Below, piece after piece: positions 26,124-38,775 of a stretch of 64,000 nucleotides of DNA. A program made the position numbers and the translations under genes. Numbering within the stretch: position 1 is the first letter of the stretch; each line of letters begins with the position of its first letter. Where the stretch lies: contig JAWQFM010000009.1 in the NCBI GenBank assembly GCA_033442325.1, positions 1,879,790 to 1,943,789 on the forward strand. The letters are read 5' to 3'. Under the pieces are notes generated by a model. That model ran no database searches and had not been told where the DNA came from. It saw only the letters and a program-made list of their open reading frames with translations. Source of the stretch: Salpingoeca rosetta (Eukaryota; Protista; Choanoflagellata).

Positions 26124-28162
26124 CCGTCTCCGTCTCTGTCTCCGTGTGGCTCTCTGTCTCTGCGCTTGTCTGCTGTCAGCTGTCCATGTGCATGCCTGGG
26201 CAGATGTGCTCTGGGGTTCATTCTGCCCCTTTGGTCCTCTCACAAACGTGCGCACGTGTCCCTACCTCCACCATGACAGGAGAGTGCGAATGTCACTATG
26301 CTGTGCTGTACAGGTGCGTCTTCGTCGCGTGCACCATCGACACACCCTCCCTCCTGCGCCACTGCCGTGATGTTCCCCCCCCGCTCACATGCTGCTCCAC
26401 ACCATCAGCACCTCACCCCCTTCCCCTTGTCGTTTTATATATATGTGGTTATATATGTGTGTGTGCGTGCGTGTGTGTGTGTGGTGTGTGTGTGTGCGTT
26501 TTAGGGCTGGCGTACATGCACAGGAAGCAGTACAGGGACGCTGCAAACGCCTTTTTGAAGCTCACCCTCAACGACCAGTTTGAGGAAGTCATGGTGCGCT
26601 GCACCTTCCCAAACCTTTGCCCATTGTGTGTGTGTGTGTGCGGGTGTCTGTGTGTGTGTGTCTTGTTTACTGCGCCCTTGGCTTACCTCACATCGCCACC
26701 CATATGCCCACCACCTGCTCACCGTGCACACACACACACACATATCCCGCGCTGCGCCTGCCATGTGCACAGCTGCTGAGTCCGAGCAACGTGGCGACGT
26801 ACGCGACCCTGTGCTGTCTTGCGTCCATGAGCCGTGACGACATCAAGGACAACCTCATCCTCAACGCGTGCGTGTCACACATTGCGCAGCGCGCACACTT
26901 AGTCTCCCCTTGCTGCTGTTGGCTGCGCGTATTGGTACGGTGGAAGAGGCGGCGCGCCTCCGTGTCAATCCGCACACCAGCTGCTCACTCGCGTTCTGGT
27001 GTCTCTGTGCCTGCTTTGGCTGTGTGCGTGCGGCGGTGGTGATGGTGGTGGTTGGCGCTGCTCTTGCGTGTGCCGTGTGTTTGTGTGTGTGTGTGATGGG
27101 TGCAGGGAGTTTCAGTCGTTTTTGGAGGCGAGCGGGCTCGTGCGCACGCTTGCGCAGTGCTTCCACGCATCCAAGTTCAAGAAGTGCCAAGAGCTCATCA
27201 CAAACTTGAAGGTGCGCTCTGCAGTGTTGATGTTTCAGATGAACCCTGAACACACCCAGCGACCCTGATACGCACATCCTCACCCCAAGACATCTGTGGG
27301 GCATTGCGTGCACATGTATGCGTGCGTGTGTCTGTGATGTGTGCGTGTACGAACTTCAGAACGACTTGTATGCGGACTTGTATCTGTTTCCGTGCGTGGA
27401 TCATCTCCTCGGCCAGATCAGGATCCGCGCCTTCAACCAGGTGCTGGTGCTCTTGGTCTTGTTGTGGTTTTGTTTTTATTTGTGTGCGTGCGCTTACGCT
27501 TGACTTTGTGGTTTTTGGAGCTCTTGTCTGCTCTTTCGTGCTTGTTCTTGTTCTTGTTTTTATTTGTCTTGCTCACGGCTATCATCGTTGTTCGCCTCAC
27601 ACGCTCTCTCACGCATTGTGGCCTGCACGTTCTCCCCCCCCCCCCAACTCATCGTCTATTTTTGCAGTATTTCTCGCCATTCAAGAACGTGACACTGTCT
27701 GCCATGGCCGCTGCTTTCGACACCACCACGGAGGTGAGGCCACAACGCCCAATGCTATGACAACACAATCACACACACGCACGCATGTGCACACGCACAA
27801 TAGCTCGCACATACACATACACACTCACACTCACTCACTCACTCACTCACTCACTCACTAACTCACTCACTCACTCACTCACTCACTCACTCACTCACTC
27901 ACTCACTCACTCACTCACTCACTCACACACACACACACATACATATTCACGCACATACACACACGTGCACGCGTCTGTGTGCCGTTGGCCTTTTGTGATG
28001 ATGTTGCCCACCGCTCCATTCTGTCGTCATTGCACTTGGTTCCCTTCCCCTTCCGCAATGATTTGCTTGCTTGCAGGCATTGGAAGACGAGCTTGCGCGC
28101 GTCATTGCTGACGACCAGCTGAGCGCCCGCATCGACAGCGACCGCAAGGTTCAGCCGTACTT

Positions 28163-28220
<58 letters not shown>

Positions 28221-28750
28221 GTGCTGGCGCAATGTGCCTGATGATCACTGTTTGTTCTTTGTGTACGTCGTGTACGTCCGCATTCACCCCGCATGTGTGT
28301 GTGTGCAGGTGCTGTGTGCTGTTGAGAGAGATCCTCGCCAGCACGCTGTTGATCGTGGCATCCAAGTGATGCAGCGCTTCCAACGCACAGCGGAGGTAAC
28401 CAACCGCCCGCGTTCCTTTTCGCCTCGCCACAACACTCGTGCACATGACGCACACACTGTGCCTCTTGATGCCTTGATACCCCGCACGCCTTCACCACAC
28501 ACACACACACACACACGCACACACACACACACGCGCGCGCGCGCAGGCGCTGCTGCTGAATGCAGCTGTGTTGCAGAACAAGCTGCATAACGCCAACCCC
28601 AGCAACAGCTCGGCCACCGCGGCAACAGCGACACACGGCGGTGCTTCAAGGGTGGCGCGGGCACGCGCGCGGGACGCATCTGATGGCTATTGACACACGC
28701 GCATGCGCGTGCAGGGCGGCGGCGGCGGTGATGATGACGTTGCGGTTTGA
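24003..28750 (+). CDS. CSN1: COP9 signalosome subunit 1; one expected internal exon not found; stop at 28693 or 28750
   Basis: RLLHIAEHCP; GLAYMHRKQYRDAANAFL; LLSPSNVATYATLCCLAS; LGQIRIRAFNQ|YFSPF...MAAAFDTT; ALEDELARVIADDQLSARIDSDRK|VLCA (PCI domain). All are collinear with GPS1/CSN1. Confidence 0.9.
25034..25443. other. ~410-bp non-repetitive, compositionally atypical island inside CSN1
   Basis: Near-uniform base use, about 22 TpA dinucleotides by manual count, no microsatellites, frequent stops in the frames read, and (TG)n tracts on both sides. Confidence 0.7.
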
Positions 28751-28920
28751 TGCGTGGTGGTCGATATGCTGGGCGCCGACCTCACGCGTCGACACTGCCT
28801 GTGTTGTTGTTGTTGTTGTTGGTGTTCTTCAACGAGCAAGTAAATGATTGGTTGATTGGTGTGGTTGCAAGGAGGGGAGCATGTGGGCGTTGGGATTTTG
28901 ACTGCTGTCAGAGCAGACAA

Positions 28921-29068
<148 letters not shown>

Positions 29069-29520
29069 AACACAGACAGACAAACACAGACAGACAGACA
29101 CACACACACACACAGACAGACACACACACACACACAGACAGGCAGGCAGACAGACAGACACACACACACACTATTGATTCACTTTTCTTTCTGTCTATGA
29201 GGCGCGTGCTCTCACACACATTCACCCATACGCACCGCTGCCCTTTGTTTTGCCGCGATTGCCTTCCCCATCTTTGAGCGCCGGGAGCAGTGTAAGATTT
29301 CAGCGAGTTTTCCCCAATAAACACTCAAAACACACACACACAAACACACACACACACACACACACTGAATTCAGTGAATGCCTTGCAGCACACATTTCTG
29401 ATGTTGTTGCGATGCGTTTGAAGGTGTGTGTCCATTATTTCTCCTCCAACGCTGCTCCTTGCGCCTTGCCTGCCATCCCACTGCAACACGGGGTAACAGC
29501 AGGCACCAGATGAACACAAG

Positions 29521-31572
29521 ATGAGCGTGTCCTTGGTGGCGTGGGTGCGCGGTGTCGTGCGGCAGACGCAGGCGCGCCTCAACGGGCTGCACTGGGCGCT
29601 GTTGATGGTGTACATCCTGAACGGGCTTGTGGAGGCCTTCCCACTGACCGCGTTTGAGTCGTGGCTGCAGAACGACATCCACGTGTCGCCCAGCGCACAG
29701 TCCACCTTCTACGCCACCATCTTCATTCCGTGGTCGCTCAAGCCGCTGTATGCGTGGATCTCGGAGTCGTTCCCCATCCACGGGCGCCGGCGAAAGCCGT
29801 ACATGGTCATCAGCGGCATCATCAGCGCGTGCACGTACCTGATGGTCGCCTTTGTCGTGCGTTCGCAAACCGGTGCGCTTGCCGTCACGCTCGCCCGCAC
29901 CGCCGCCAACGCCTGCACGGAGATCATCGCAGACTTGACCATGCTGGACTACGCGGGTCGAAACGGCGCCAACGTCGGCCACATCCAGAGCGCAGTTGCT
30001 GGCGTGCGAGCCGTCTCCTCCATCCTCGCGCTCCTCATTGGCATGCCGCTCTACCCGTGCACCCGCCACGGCGCCGCCACCGCCAGCACCAGAAACGTGC
30101 TGGCAGCGACTGCCGCGTTCCCGCTCGCCATAGTGCTGTGCGCCCTGTTTCTGCCAGAGCCGTCCCCAAAGCGAGACCGGCGACCCTCGTCGCCGCACAC
30201 GCCGCGCCGCACATCACCAGCACCTGCGCTGCCAGCACCCCTGGGCTCCCTCAACTCTGGGGAGGGCAAGCTGTGGTCGCCCCAGCCGGCCGTTGCAAGC
30301 ATTGGGCTGCAGGAAGAGGGGGAGGAAGAGAGGGAGGAGGAGGAGATCGACGGTGGGCAGGATGATCGAGTGCCGCTGTTGCATCGCCATCATCAGCGAC
30401 AGCTCCACGACCATCAGCTCCATCACGCTGGGCACACGACATCAACCCCGTCCACACCAACCGCGCCTACTGCCACGCATGCTCACACCCCGGCTGCCAC
30501 TGACCACGGCGGCGGCGGCCGGCGGTTCCCCATCTTCCAGCTGGCCATCCCGGGCGTGCTGCTCCTCCTCACGTGGAGCGCCCTGAAAGACATCATGTCC
30601 CATCGTCGCTGGCTCGACATGCTTGCCGGGGTGCTTGCCGTGGATGTTGTCATTGCCGCCGCCATTGTGTATGCCGCCATCACCCGCCCATCTGTGCGGC
30701 TCCTCAGCGGCATCAGCGGCGTGTGGCCCGCGCTCGTCCTGTTTGCCGTGTACGCAACACCAACCTCCTCCACCCAGATCACCTCCTGGTACTATGCGCA
30801 GTGGGCCGACCACCCCTGCTATCCACAGGCCATCAACATTGTTGCCTCGGGCAGCCGCCTTGTTGGCAGCGCCCTGTACTTCAAGCTGTTTGGCACCACG
30901 CGCGGCCGGCCGCTGCTGGTTACGCTGGTGGGCTCGCTCGTCGCCGCGGCCCTTGCCCAGCTCCTGTTTGTGCCCCTCGTGCAGGGCTCCATCCCTGCAC
31001 GCACGGCCCCGGAGCTCGCGTACGCGTGCGCGTGCACCCTCATCACGGGCACGGCCAGCCAGGTGGCCATGCTTGCGTTCCTGACTGTTGCCACGCGCGC
31101 ATGTCCGCACCCGACGCGCGCCGACGGCGGGCTCATCTACGCACTCGTGCTCTCGTTCCTGGACTTTGGCGACTCTGTGAGTGGGTGGATCACGGCGCCC
31201 ATCGCGCACGCGCTGAACATCACGCTCACAGACTACAGCCGGCTGCCCACGCTCATCTACATTGACAGCGGGACCTCTGTTGGGGTTGCGCCCGTGACGT
31301 TAGTGCTGGCGCTGAGCCCAGCCATCTATGCTGCTGCAACAACGCGAGGACAGGACGAGCGGGAGGGAGGGGAGCCGAGGGACGAGAGGGCGTTGCATGC
31401 GGGGATTGTTGCCCCTGGTAGCGATGGTGATGGTGGCAGCGACAGTGACAGTGGTAGTGGTGGTGGTGGTAGGTCGTGGGATGAAAGAGCCTTGATTGTG
31501 GATTGGGGACTTGGAGACGTGAGAAGAGATGACGAAGAAGCAGCAGAGGCAACAGCGAGAGGCAGGAGATAA
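29521..31572 (+). CDS. Folate-biopterin transporter (BT1/FBT family, MFS), intronless, 683 aa
   Basis: Signature IPWSLKPLYAWISESFPIHGRRRKPY, multiple hydrophobic helices in two halves around a long loop, and C-terminal YALVLSFLDFGDSVSGW...LNITLTDYSRL. Confidence 0.85.
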   Translation: MSVSLVAWVRGVVRQTQARLNGLHWALLMVYILNGLVEAFPLTAFESWLQNDIHVSPSAQSTFYATIFIPWSLKPLYAWISESFPIHGRRRKPYMVISGIISACTYLMVAFVVRSQTGALAVTLARTAANACTEIIADLTMLDYAGRNGANVGHIQSAVAGVRAVSSILALLIGMPLYPCTRHGAATASTRNVLAATAAFPLAIVLCALFLPEPSPKRDRRPSSPHTPRRTSPAPALPAPLGSLNSGEGKLWSPQPAVASIGLQEEGEEEREEEEIDGGQDDRVPLLHRHHQRQLHDHQLHHAGHTTSTPSTPTAPTATHAHTPAATDHGGGGRRFPIFQLAIPGVLLLLTWSALKDIMSHRRWLDMLAGVLAVDVVIAAAIVYAAITRPSVRLLSGISGVWPALVLFAVYATPTSSTQITSWYYAQWADHPCYPQAINIVASGSRLVGSALYFKLFGTTRGRPLLVTLVGSLVAAALAQLLFVPLVQGSIPARTAPELAYACACTLITGTASQVAMLAFLTVATRACPHPTRADGGLIYALVLSFLDFGDSVSGWITAPIAHALNITLTDYSRLPTLIYIDSGTSVGVAPVTLVLALSPAIYAAATTRGQDEREGGEPRDERALHAGIVAPGSDGDGGSDSDSGSGGGGRSWDERALIVDWGLGDVRRDDEEAAEATARGRR

Positions 31573-31749
31573 CGAATCTCATTTGTGGACGTGTGTGTGC
31601 GTGTGCGTGTGTGTGCGTTGACATAAGCAATCCCCTCTTGCCTACCCCCTTCTTCCATCTTGCCTGAAGATTCTTCGAGTGCTGTGTTGTCGTTCATCAT
31701 CGGCACACACTCAGCATCGTTACATTGTTACAACAACAACAACAACAAC

Positions 31750-31866
31750 AACACAAAGTAAGTAGCATGGAACACAAAGTAAGTAGCATGGAACACAAAG
31801 TAAGCAGCATGGAAGAGCACAGACGGAAGAAGTGGAAGCTCACGGATGGAAGCAGTGGAAACTCAC
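31750..31866 (+). repeat. 21-bp tandem repeat x3 (AACACAAAGTAAGTAGCATGG) followed by a ~23-bp imperfect duplication
   Basis: Copies at 31750, 31771 and 31792, then CACAGACGGAAGAAGTGGAAGCT / CACGGATGGAAGCAGTGGAAACT. Confidence 0.9.
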
Positions 31867-31952
31867 ATCATCGAAGAGCATCACAATAAATCCAACAACC
31901 AACCACGTGCAAACAAGAAGGAAGGACCACGAACAACAGCACACAGCACGTG

Positions 31953-32453
31953 ATGAGCGGTGAAGCGAGGTTTGCGTCGCGGGCATGGGGCTCGGACGTG
32001 GCTGACCCAGGCAAAGAGGAGCTGGGGCACGCGTCCACCGCCTCTGACTTTGACGCTTTTGCTGAGTTTGTGCGCAATGACATGGTCGGCTCCGACTACC
32101 GCATCACCACGCCATATGGGGAGAGGAAACTCGTGTATGCGGACAGCACTGCTTCTGGCCGCAGCCTTCGCAGCATTGAGGACACGATCATGTCCCACGT
32201 TATGCCCCTCTACGGCAACACACACTCGGGCGCCTCGGCGTGTGGGCGCCAGACCACCCAGTTTGTTGAGGAGGCCAGGCAGCTCATCAAGAATTGCACC
32301 AACGCAACAGACGCAGGTGTGTGCATGTGTGCGCGTGCATGTGTGTGTGTCTGTGTGTGCGTCTGTGTGTGTAGCTGTATCTGTGTGCATCTACGTGTGC
32401 ATGTATGTGCATGTGTGTGTGTGCATGTATGTGCATGTGTGTCTGTGTTAGTT

Positions 32454-32527
<74 letters not shown>

Positions 32528-32891
32528 CACATCGTTTGCGTGTGCCAATGCAGATGCTGGCCATCAGCGTTCTTTGACGGCCCATCTTATCTTGCACTCG
32601 CACCTCTGCTGCTGCACGCTCAGATGTTCTCATCTTCGCTGGGACGGGGTGTACTGGCGCCGTTCACAAGCTGGCCTCCATTCTCGCCAAGACCATGGCT
32701 GAGCAACACAGCAGCAAGGATGGAGAGGCCCCAGCGTTCAAGTGCTCGTTCCCCGGCTGCTCTCGAGTATTCCGGGACCAGCAGTCCGTCCTGGTGCGCT
32801 GGTTGCTTGTGTCAGTGTGTGTGTGTGTGTGTGCATGTGTGTGCATGTGTGTGCGTGTGCGTGTGTGTGTGTGCATGTGTGTGCATGTGTG

Positions 32892-32974
<83 letters not shown>

Positions 32975-35854
32975 TCGCCCATGTCAGACTGCGCATAGTC
33001 TGGTCAACCTCCATCAACACGCCACCTTCATGCTTCAAGTTCATCGAGTTTCCCTCCCCCTCCGGCCGTGTGTTGTTCTCATGACCATACGCTCTTGCAG
33101 CTGCACAGCAGAACACATACGGATGGCGAAGCAAGTGGGTTTGCAGCAGAGACCGTCACGCCAGCGTCCGAGTCAACCGAGAGGCAAGAACAACGACCCC
33201 ATAGTGTGGACGCCGGTGATGACGTGCATGGCGTCGTGTTTGTTGGTCCGATGGAGCACCACTCAAACATCCTGCCCTGGACTGAGCTGCCACATGGTGC
33301 GTCATGTGTTGTGTGTGTAGGGGGGGGGTGTCATGCGACGTGTAATGTACCACCTGCTGATGACATGCACATTGTGTTTGCTGATGTACATACCCTCACA
33401 GAACACACACGCGCACACACGCGCGCGCACACGCAATATCACATTCACACACACACACACATTCACACACATACATTCCCACCCACACAACCACCATCAC
33501 CACCATCACCAGTGCGCGTGGTGCGCATCCGGGCGGGTGCTGATGGCCGGACGGACCAGGACGACCTCAGGTCCGCAATTGCCCGATTCGCGCACGTGCG
33601 CATGAAGGTGGGCTCCTTCTCTGCGGCGTCAAACGTGACTGGGATCATGGAGGATGTGGACGGCATCACTGTATTGCTGCACCAGCACGGCTGTCTTGCG
33701 TGCTGGGACTACGCTGCTGCTGGGCCCCACGTCCAAGGTGTGCGCAATACGTGTGAGGCCGCGTGTGTGATGCAGAAGGGAGCGAGAGTGGGAGGGAGAC
33801 ATCATCAGAACTGTACAGATGGACTTGATGATACATGCTGCCCATTCTGTGTGCATGCATGGATGCGTGCATGTGCATGGATGCGTTCATGTGCATGTAT
33901 GTATGCATGTGCATGTATGCGTGCATGTGCATGTCTGCGTGTGTATGTGTGTGCGTTGTTCCAAACAGGTTGCCTCTCGATCAGTCGTCGCACTGACGCC
34001 TGCCATCCCTCATTGTGCCCTCTCCCGCCCCCTGTTTGTTTTCACCCTTCCTTCTTTCATGTGTCCAGTGGACATGAACCCGAAAGTGCCTGGCCTTGCG
34101 CCGCACCTCATTGCCAAAGACGCGGTGTTCCTGTCGCCGCACAAGTTCCCCGGTGGCCCCTCAACCCCCGGCATCCTCATTGCCAAGCGCGACCTCATCG
34201 CCGCCTCCGCCCCGGCCGTTCCTGGCGGCGGCACCGTCTTCTACGTCTCCCGCACCAAACACAGGTTGGTGCGTGTGTAATGTGATGTGATGTGTGATGT
34301 GTGTTGTGTGTTGCGCTGCGTGTGTCTCTGGTGTGCGTTTGTTTGCTGGCATGTTTGTTTGTTTGTTTGTTTGTTTGTTTGTTTGTTCATTGCTCGTGAT
34401 GCTTCCCCACTCCCGCCCGCAACCCCCCCCCCACCATCAATCATCAACCCCGCCACCGCCACCATCATGTAGGTACCTCGAGTCGCCCGAGGAGCGGGAG
34501 GAGGGCGGGACCCCGAATATCATCGGTGCCGTCAGGGCAGGGCTCGTCTTCCAATACCAGGCCGCTGCTGCCACACCGCGCATTCGGGAGCGGGAGCAGG
34601 CCATTGCTCAGCGCGTGCAGTCTGCACTTGGATCCCATCCCCGCATCCACGTCCTCGGCCATCCACACGCACAACGCCTGCCCGTGAGTTGTCTGTTTTT
34701 GCACATGTATGTTGTTGTTGTGTGTGCGTGTGTGTGTGTGTGCGTGCGTGCGTACTTGTCTGTCTCGCACTCACTCCCTCACTCTCTCACTCACTTTCTC
34801 GCTCACTTTCTCACTCACTCACACACACACACACACACCCTTCCTTCTGTCTTATTGAAATACCGTGCGCTCACTTCGCTGACCACGCCATCATCCGTGC
34901 GTGTGGTGTTGCAACTCCAGGTGTTTTCGTTCATGATCCGCTATCCGCAGTCCCCCAAATTCCTGCATTGGTCTTTCGTCACAGTCCTCCTCAACGACTT
35001 GTTCGGCATTCAGTGCCGGGGCGGGTGCGTTCGCATTGGTGTCTGTGCGTGCGCTGCTGACCATGTTCGTTCGTACATGCCCTGTGTTTGCACGCCTTCT
35101 CCTGCATGTCTCTGTGTCCGCACACAAACACACACTCTCTCTGTCACACATGTTCCTTGCGGGTCTGACTTATCCCACCACTGCCACTGGCACCACCCTG
35201 CTGCCGCTGCCACCGCAGGTGCCTGTGCGCGGGTCCATATGGCCACGACCTGCTTCACATCAGCGAGAACGATGCCGAGGCGATTGAGTCGGCCCTCATC
35301 GCCAAACGCGAGATCCTTCGCCCGGGGTTTGTCCGCGTCTCCGTCCCGTATTACTGGACCGATGCGCAGACGGATGGGCTCATATCTGCCATCCGCTTCG
35401 TTGCGGACCACGGCCACCTCTTCCTGCAGGACTACACATTCTACGTCGACTCGGGTGCGCCTTCAACACCGCAGTGCATGTGGCTGCACGCTTTGTTGTT
35501 GTTGTTGTTGTTGTATTAAGTTGTTGTTGTTGTTGTTTAAGTTGTTGTTGTTTAAGTTGTTGTTGTTTAAGTTGTTGTTTAAGTTGTTGTTGTTGTTGTT
35601 GTTTAAGTTGTTGTTGTTGTTGTTGTTTAAGTTGTTGTTGTTGTTGTTGTTGTTTAAGTTATTGTTTAGTTGTTGTTGTTGTTGTTGTTGTTGTTTAAGT
35701 TGTTGTTGTTGTTGTTGTTGTTTAAGTTGTTGTTGTTGTTTAAGTTGTTGTTTAAGTTGTTGTTGCTGTTGTTGTTGTTTAAGTTGTTGTTGTTTAAGTT
35801 GTTGTTGTTGTTGCTGTTGTTGTTGTTTAAGTTTTGTTGTTGTTGTTGTTTAAG

Positions 35855-35915
<61 letters not shown>

Positions 35916-35929
35916 AGTTGTTGTTTAAG

Positions 35930-35984
<55 letters not shown>

Positions 35985-36007
35985 AGTTGTTGTTGTTGTT
36001 GTTTAAG

Positions 36008-36042
<35 letters not shown>

Positions 36043-37327
36043 GGCATGGACAAGTGTGCTGTTCTGTGACACATCTACACGAATGTCAATTGGTTTCCGT
36101 TCCGTGTCATTGCTGCGAGCAAGCTACTGTGCTCCTGTTCCATTTCTCCTACCAGCCCTCATTGCTCATCTGTGCCTGCATACATACCGCGTGCGTGTGT
36201 AGGCGAGTATCGCCACAAGTCGCTGCGCAAGACGTCGCCGCACCGGCTCTGGCTGCACGACCTCTCCTTCACCACGGGCAGCAAGGTCGAGGTGGGCTCC
36301 CTCAAGCGGAACACAGACAGGATGGCACAGCGGTTGCCCCACACCAAGGTGTGTGCGTGTGCCTCGAGGGGGGCAATGAGTTGTCGAGTCTGATCGTGGT
36401 CGTTGCTGTAGCTGCAGTTGTGGGCGCGGCTGTGGCTGTGGTCGTGGCTGTGGCTGTGCCTGCGTTTGGAGCTGGTCAATATTCATGCGTGTCCTCATCA
36501 CCATTCTCTGCCTGCGCAGTCGCTGCAAGAGCTCGTCGATGATGCGGCGCAACTCTGCAAAGGAAGGAAGCAGCCCATCACGGTGAGCACGACCGAGAAT
36601 CGAGGTGGCTCTTGCATGTGGTACATACTTGAACATCGTGTCGGCTTGTCACTGACGTTCATGTGCCGGCAAGCGCACGGACGCGCAAGAATTCGCTCAC
36701 ACATTCACACACGGTCACACACATTCACACACGGTCACACACATGCACGCACATGCATGCACATGCACGCACATTCACACAGCCGGATCTTGACCCAGAC
36801 ATGGTGGTTGGCCTGGGACCCGAGCAGTCACACCTCCGCTGGTTTGCCTGCGAAGGAGAGGAGCAGAGCGCTGTAAACAGCAGTGGCGATGAGGATGATG
36901 GAGATGATGGAGATGATGGAACGATTCATCTCTTGGGGAAGAGAGTCGGGGATACAGCAGCAGACGTGTGCCCGCTGGTCTCCTTCGCGCGCAACGCAGC
37001 AGCATCAGCAGGGGAGGAGTCGACGGCCCGTGATGATGGCGCTGATGGTGCTGGCGATCGTGTCCACACTGACAACGGCACTGCGTCGAAGGAGGCAGCG
37101 GAAGACCACAGGAACCCAAGCAGTGCGCCACCAGCACCTACACCACCAGCAGATGGCAAGAAGGCCAAAGGCACGGATATGACATTGACCCACGATGACG
37201 GCCACGAGAGATCGGAGGATGAACCAAAGACGAAGCGCAGCAAACTCGCCCGCCCCGACCCAAAACTCTGGCCAAAAGTCCCAAAGAGCCTCCTCAGGCC
37301 CATTGGTACGTGAAGCGATGTGCTGCG

Positions 37328-37404
<77 letters not shown>

Positions 37405-38688
37405 CGTGCGTGTGTGCCGTGTGCCGTGTGCTTGCGTATCAGTGTGCTTTTGTTAGACCCAGCTTGTTCCCACTCTCCCACTCTCCCCTCGTCTCTCCTC
37501 CCTGCTTCATCTTCGTCAGGCGAGGCCATCCGCCAGTTCTCGATGATCACCGACGGCGATCGCGTCCTGATCGGACTCTCTGGAGGGAAAGACTCCCTGA
37601 CGCTGCTCCATTGCCTGCATGCACTCCAGCGCCGCGCCCCCATCTCCTTCAAGCTCGCCGCCGTCACCATGAACCCAAACTTCCCTGGCTTTGACCCGGC
37701 CCCGCTCAAGGCGTACCTGGCGAAGCTTGGCGTCGAGTACTTCTTTGAGACGCAGGACCTGCTGCAGCTCGCCAAGGACACCAAGCCGTCCTCCATCTGC
37801 TCCTGGTGCTCCCGTATGAAACGTGAGTCACGCCCGCTGTGTGTGTGTGTGTGTGTCTAGGACCGCGGTCGTTTGAACCCATAGCTGCGTCCTGCTTCCT
37901 CGCTCCGCTTCGTCAAAGTTGTCTTGCTCGTTACTAAATGACGTGGTCTCGTGTTGTTGAACACAGGCGGGATTCTGTACACTGTGGCGCGACGCGAGGG
38001 GTACAACGTGCTTGCACTTGGGCAGCACCTTGACGACCTTGCAGAGAGTTTCATCATGACTGCGTTTCACAACGGCAAGCTACGCACAATGAACGCGCAC
38101 TACTTGAACGACAAGGGGGATTTGCGGATCATTCGTCCGCTTGCATTTGTGCGCGAGCGCCAAACGCGCGCATTTGCTGTTGCCAATGGCCTGCCGGTGA
38201 TTCAGGAGAACTGCCCAGCGTGCTTTGAGGAACCACAGGAACGATACCGCATCAAGACCATGCTCGCACAACAGGTGTTGTGTATATCTGTGTATCTGTG
38301 TGTGTGTGTCTGTGTGTGTGTGTCTGTTTATGTGAGAGTGTATATGTGTGTGTGTGAGGGTATATGTGTATCTGTATGTGCGTGCGCACGTTCATATGTG
38401 TTTATGTGTGTTTGTGCTCTAGTTATGGTGCACCGTTTGTGTTGTTGTTCTGCCGTGTGCTTCCAAGTGGTTTCCCCTGGTACACCTCAAGCCCCAACCT
38501 CACCCAAACACAAACACCCCCCCCCCCCTCCTTTCTCGACTCACCACCACCAGGAACACCTGTTCCCGAACCTGCTCTCCAACATGCGCAAAGCGCTGCT
38601 GCCGCTGATGCGTGAAGGGTACGACGCTGCCATGACGGCGGTTGCATCCGGGGCCAGCACAGGTGGTGATGGCGCATCAACGGAGTGA
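31953..38688 (+). CDS. Fusion protein: class-V PLP cysteine-desulfurase-like domain (with inserted C2H2 finger) + TtcA-like PP-loop tRNA thiolase
   Basis: VYADSTASG, YGNTHS, EHHSNILPW, SAASNVTG, WDYAAAGP, SPHKF (PLP Lys), REEGGTPNI, QCRGG|CLCAGPYG (putative persulfide Cys). After an acidic linker come GLSGGKDS, ICSWCSRMKR|GILY, LGQHLDDLAE, IIRPL and NCPAC. The frame is continuous across GT-AG joins. Confidence 0.88.
35493..36042. repeat. Compound (TTG)n/TTTAAG satellite, ~550 bp, intronic
   Basis: TTG runs of variable length punctuated by TAAG; the source of the poly-L/C/N ORFs. Confidence 0.95.
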
Positions 38689-38742
38689 ATGAGATCAAGC
38701 AAGTGGTTGTGTGTGTGTGTGTGTGCGTGTGTGTGTGTGTGT

Positions 38743-38775
<33 letters not shown>

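Noticed and set aside
30442-31209. 255-aa minus-strand ORF (also 48343-49173 on +)
   Set aside because: Antisense shadows of GC3-rich coding exons.
31750-31812. Direct repeats as a CRISPR-like array
   Set aside because: The units are adjacent with no spacers, there are no cas genes, and the context is eukaryotic.
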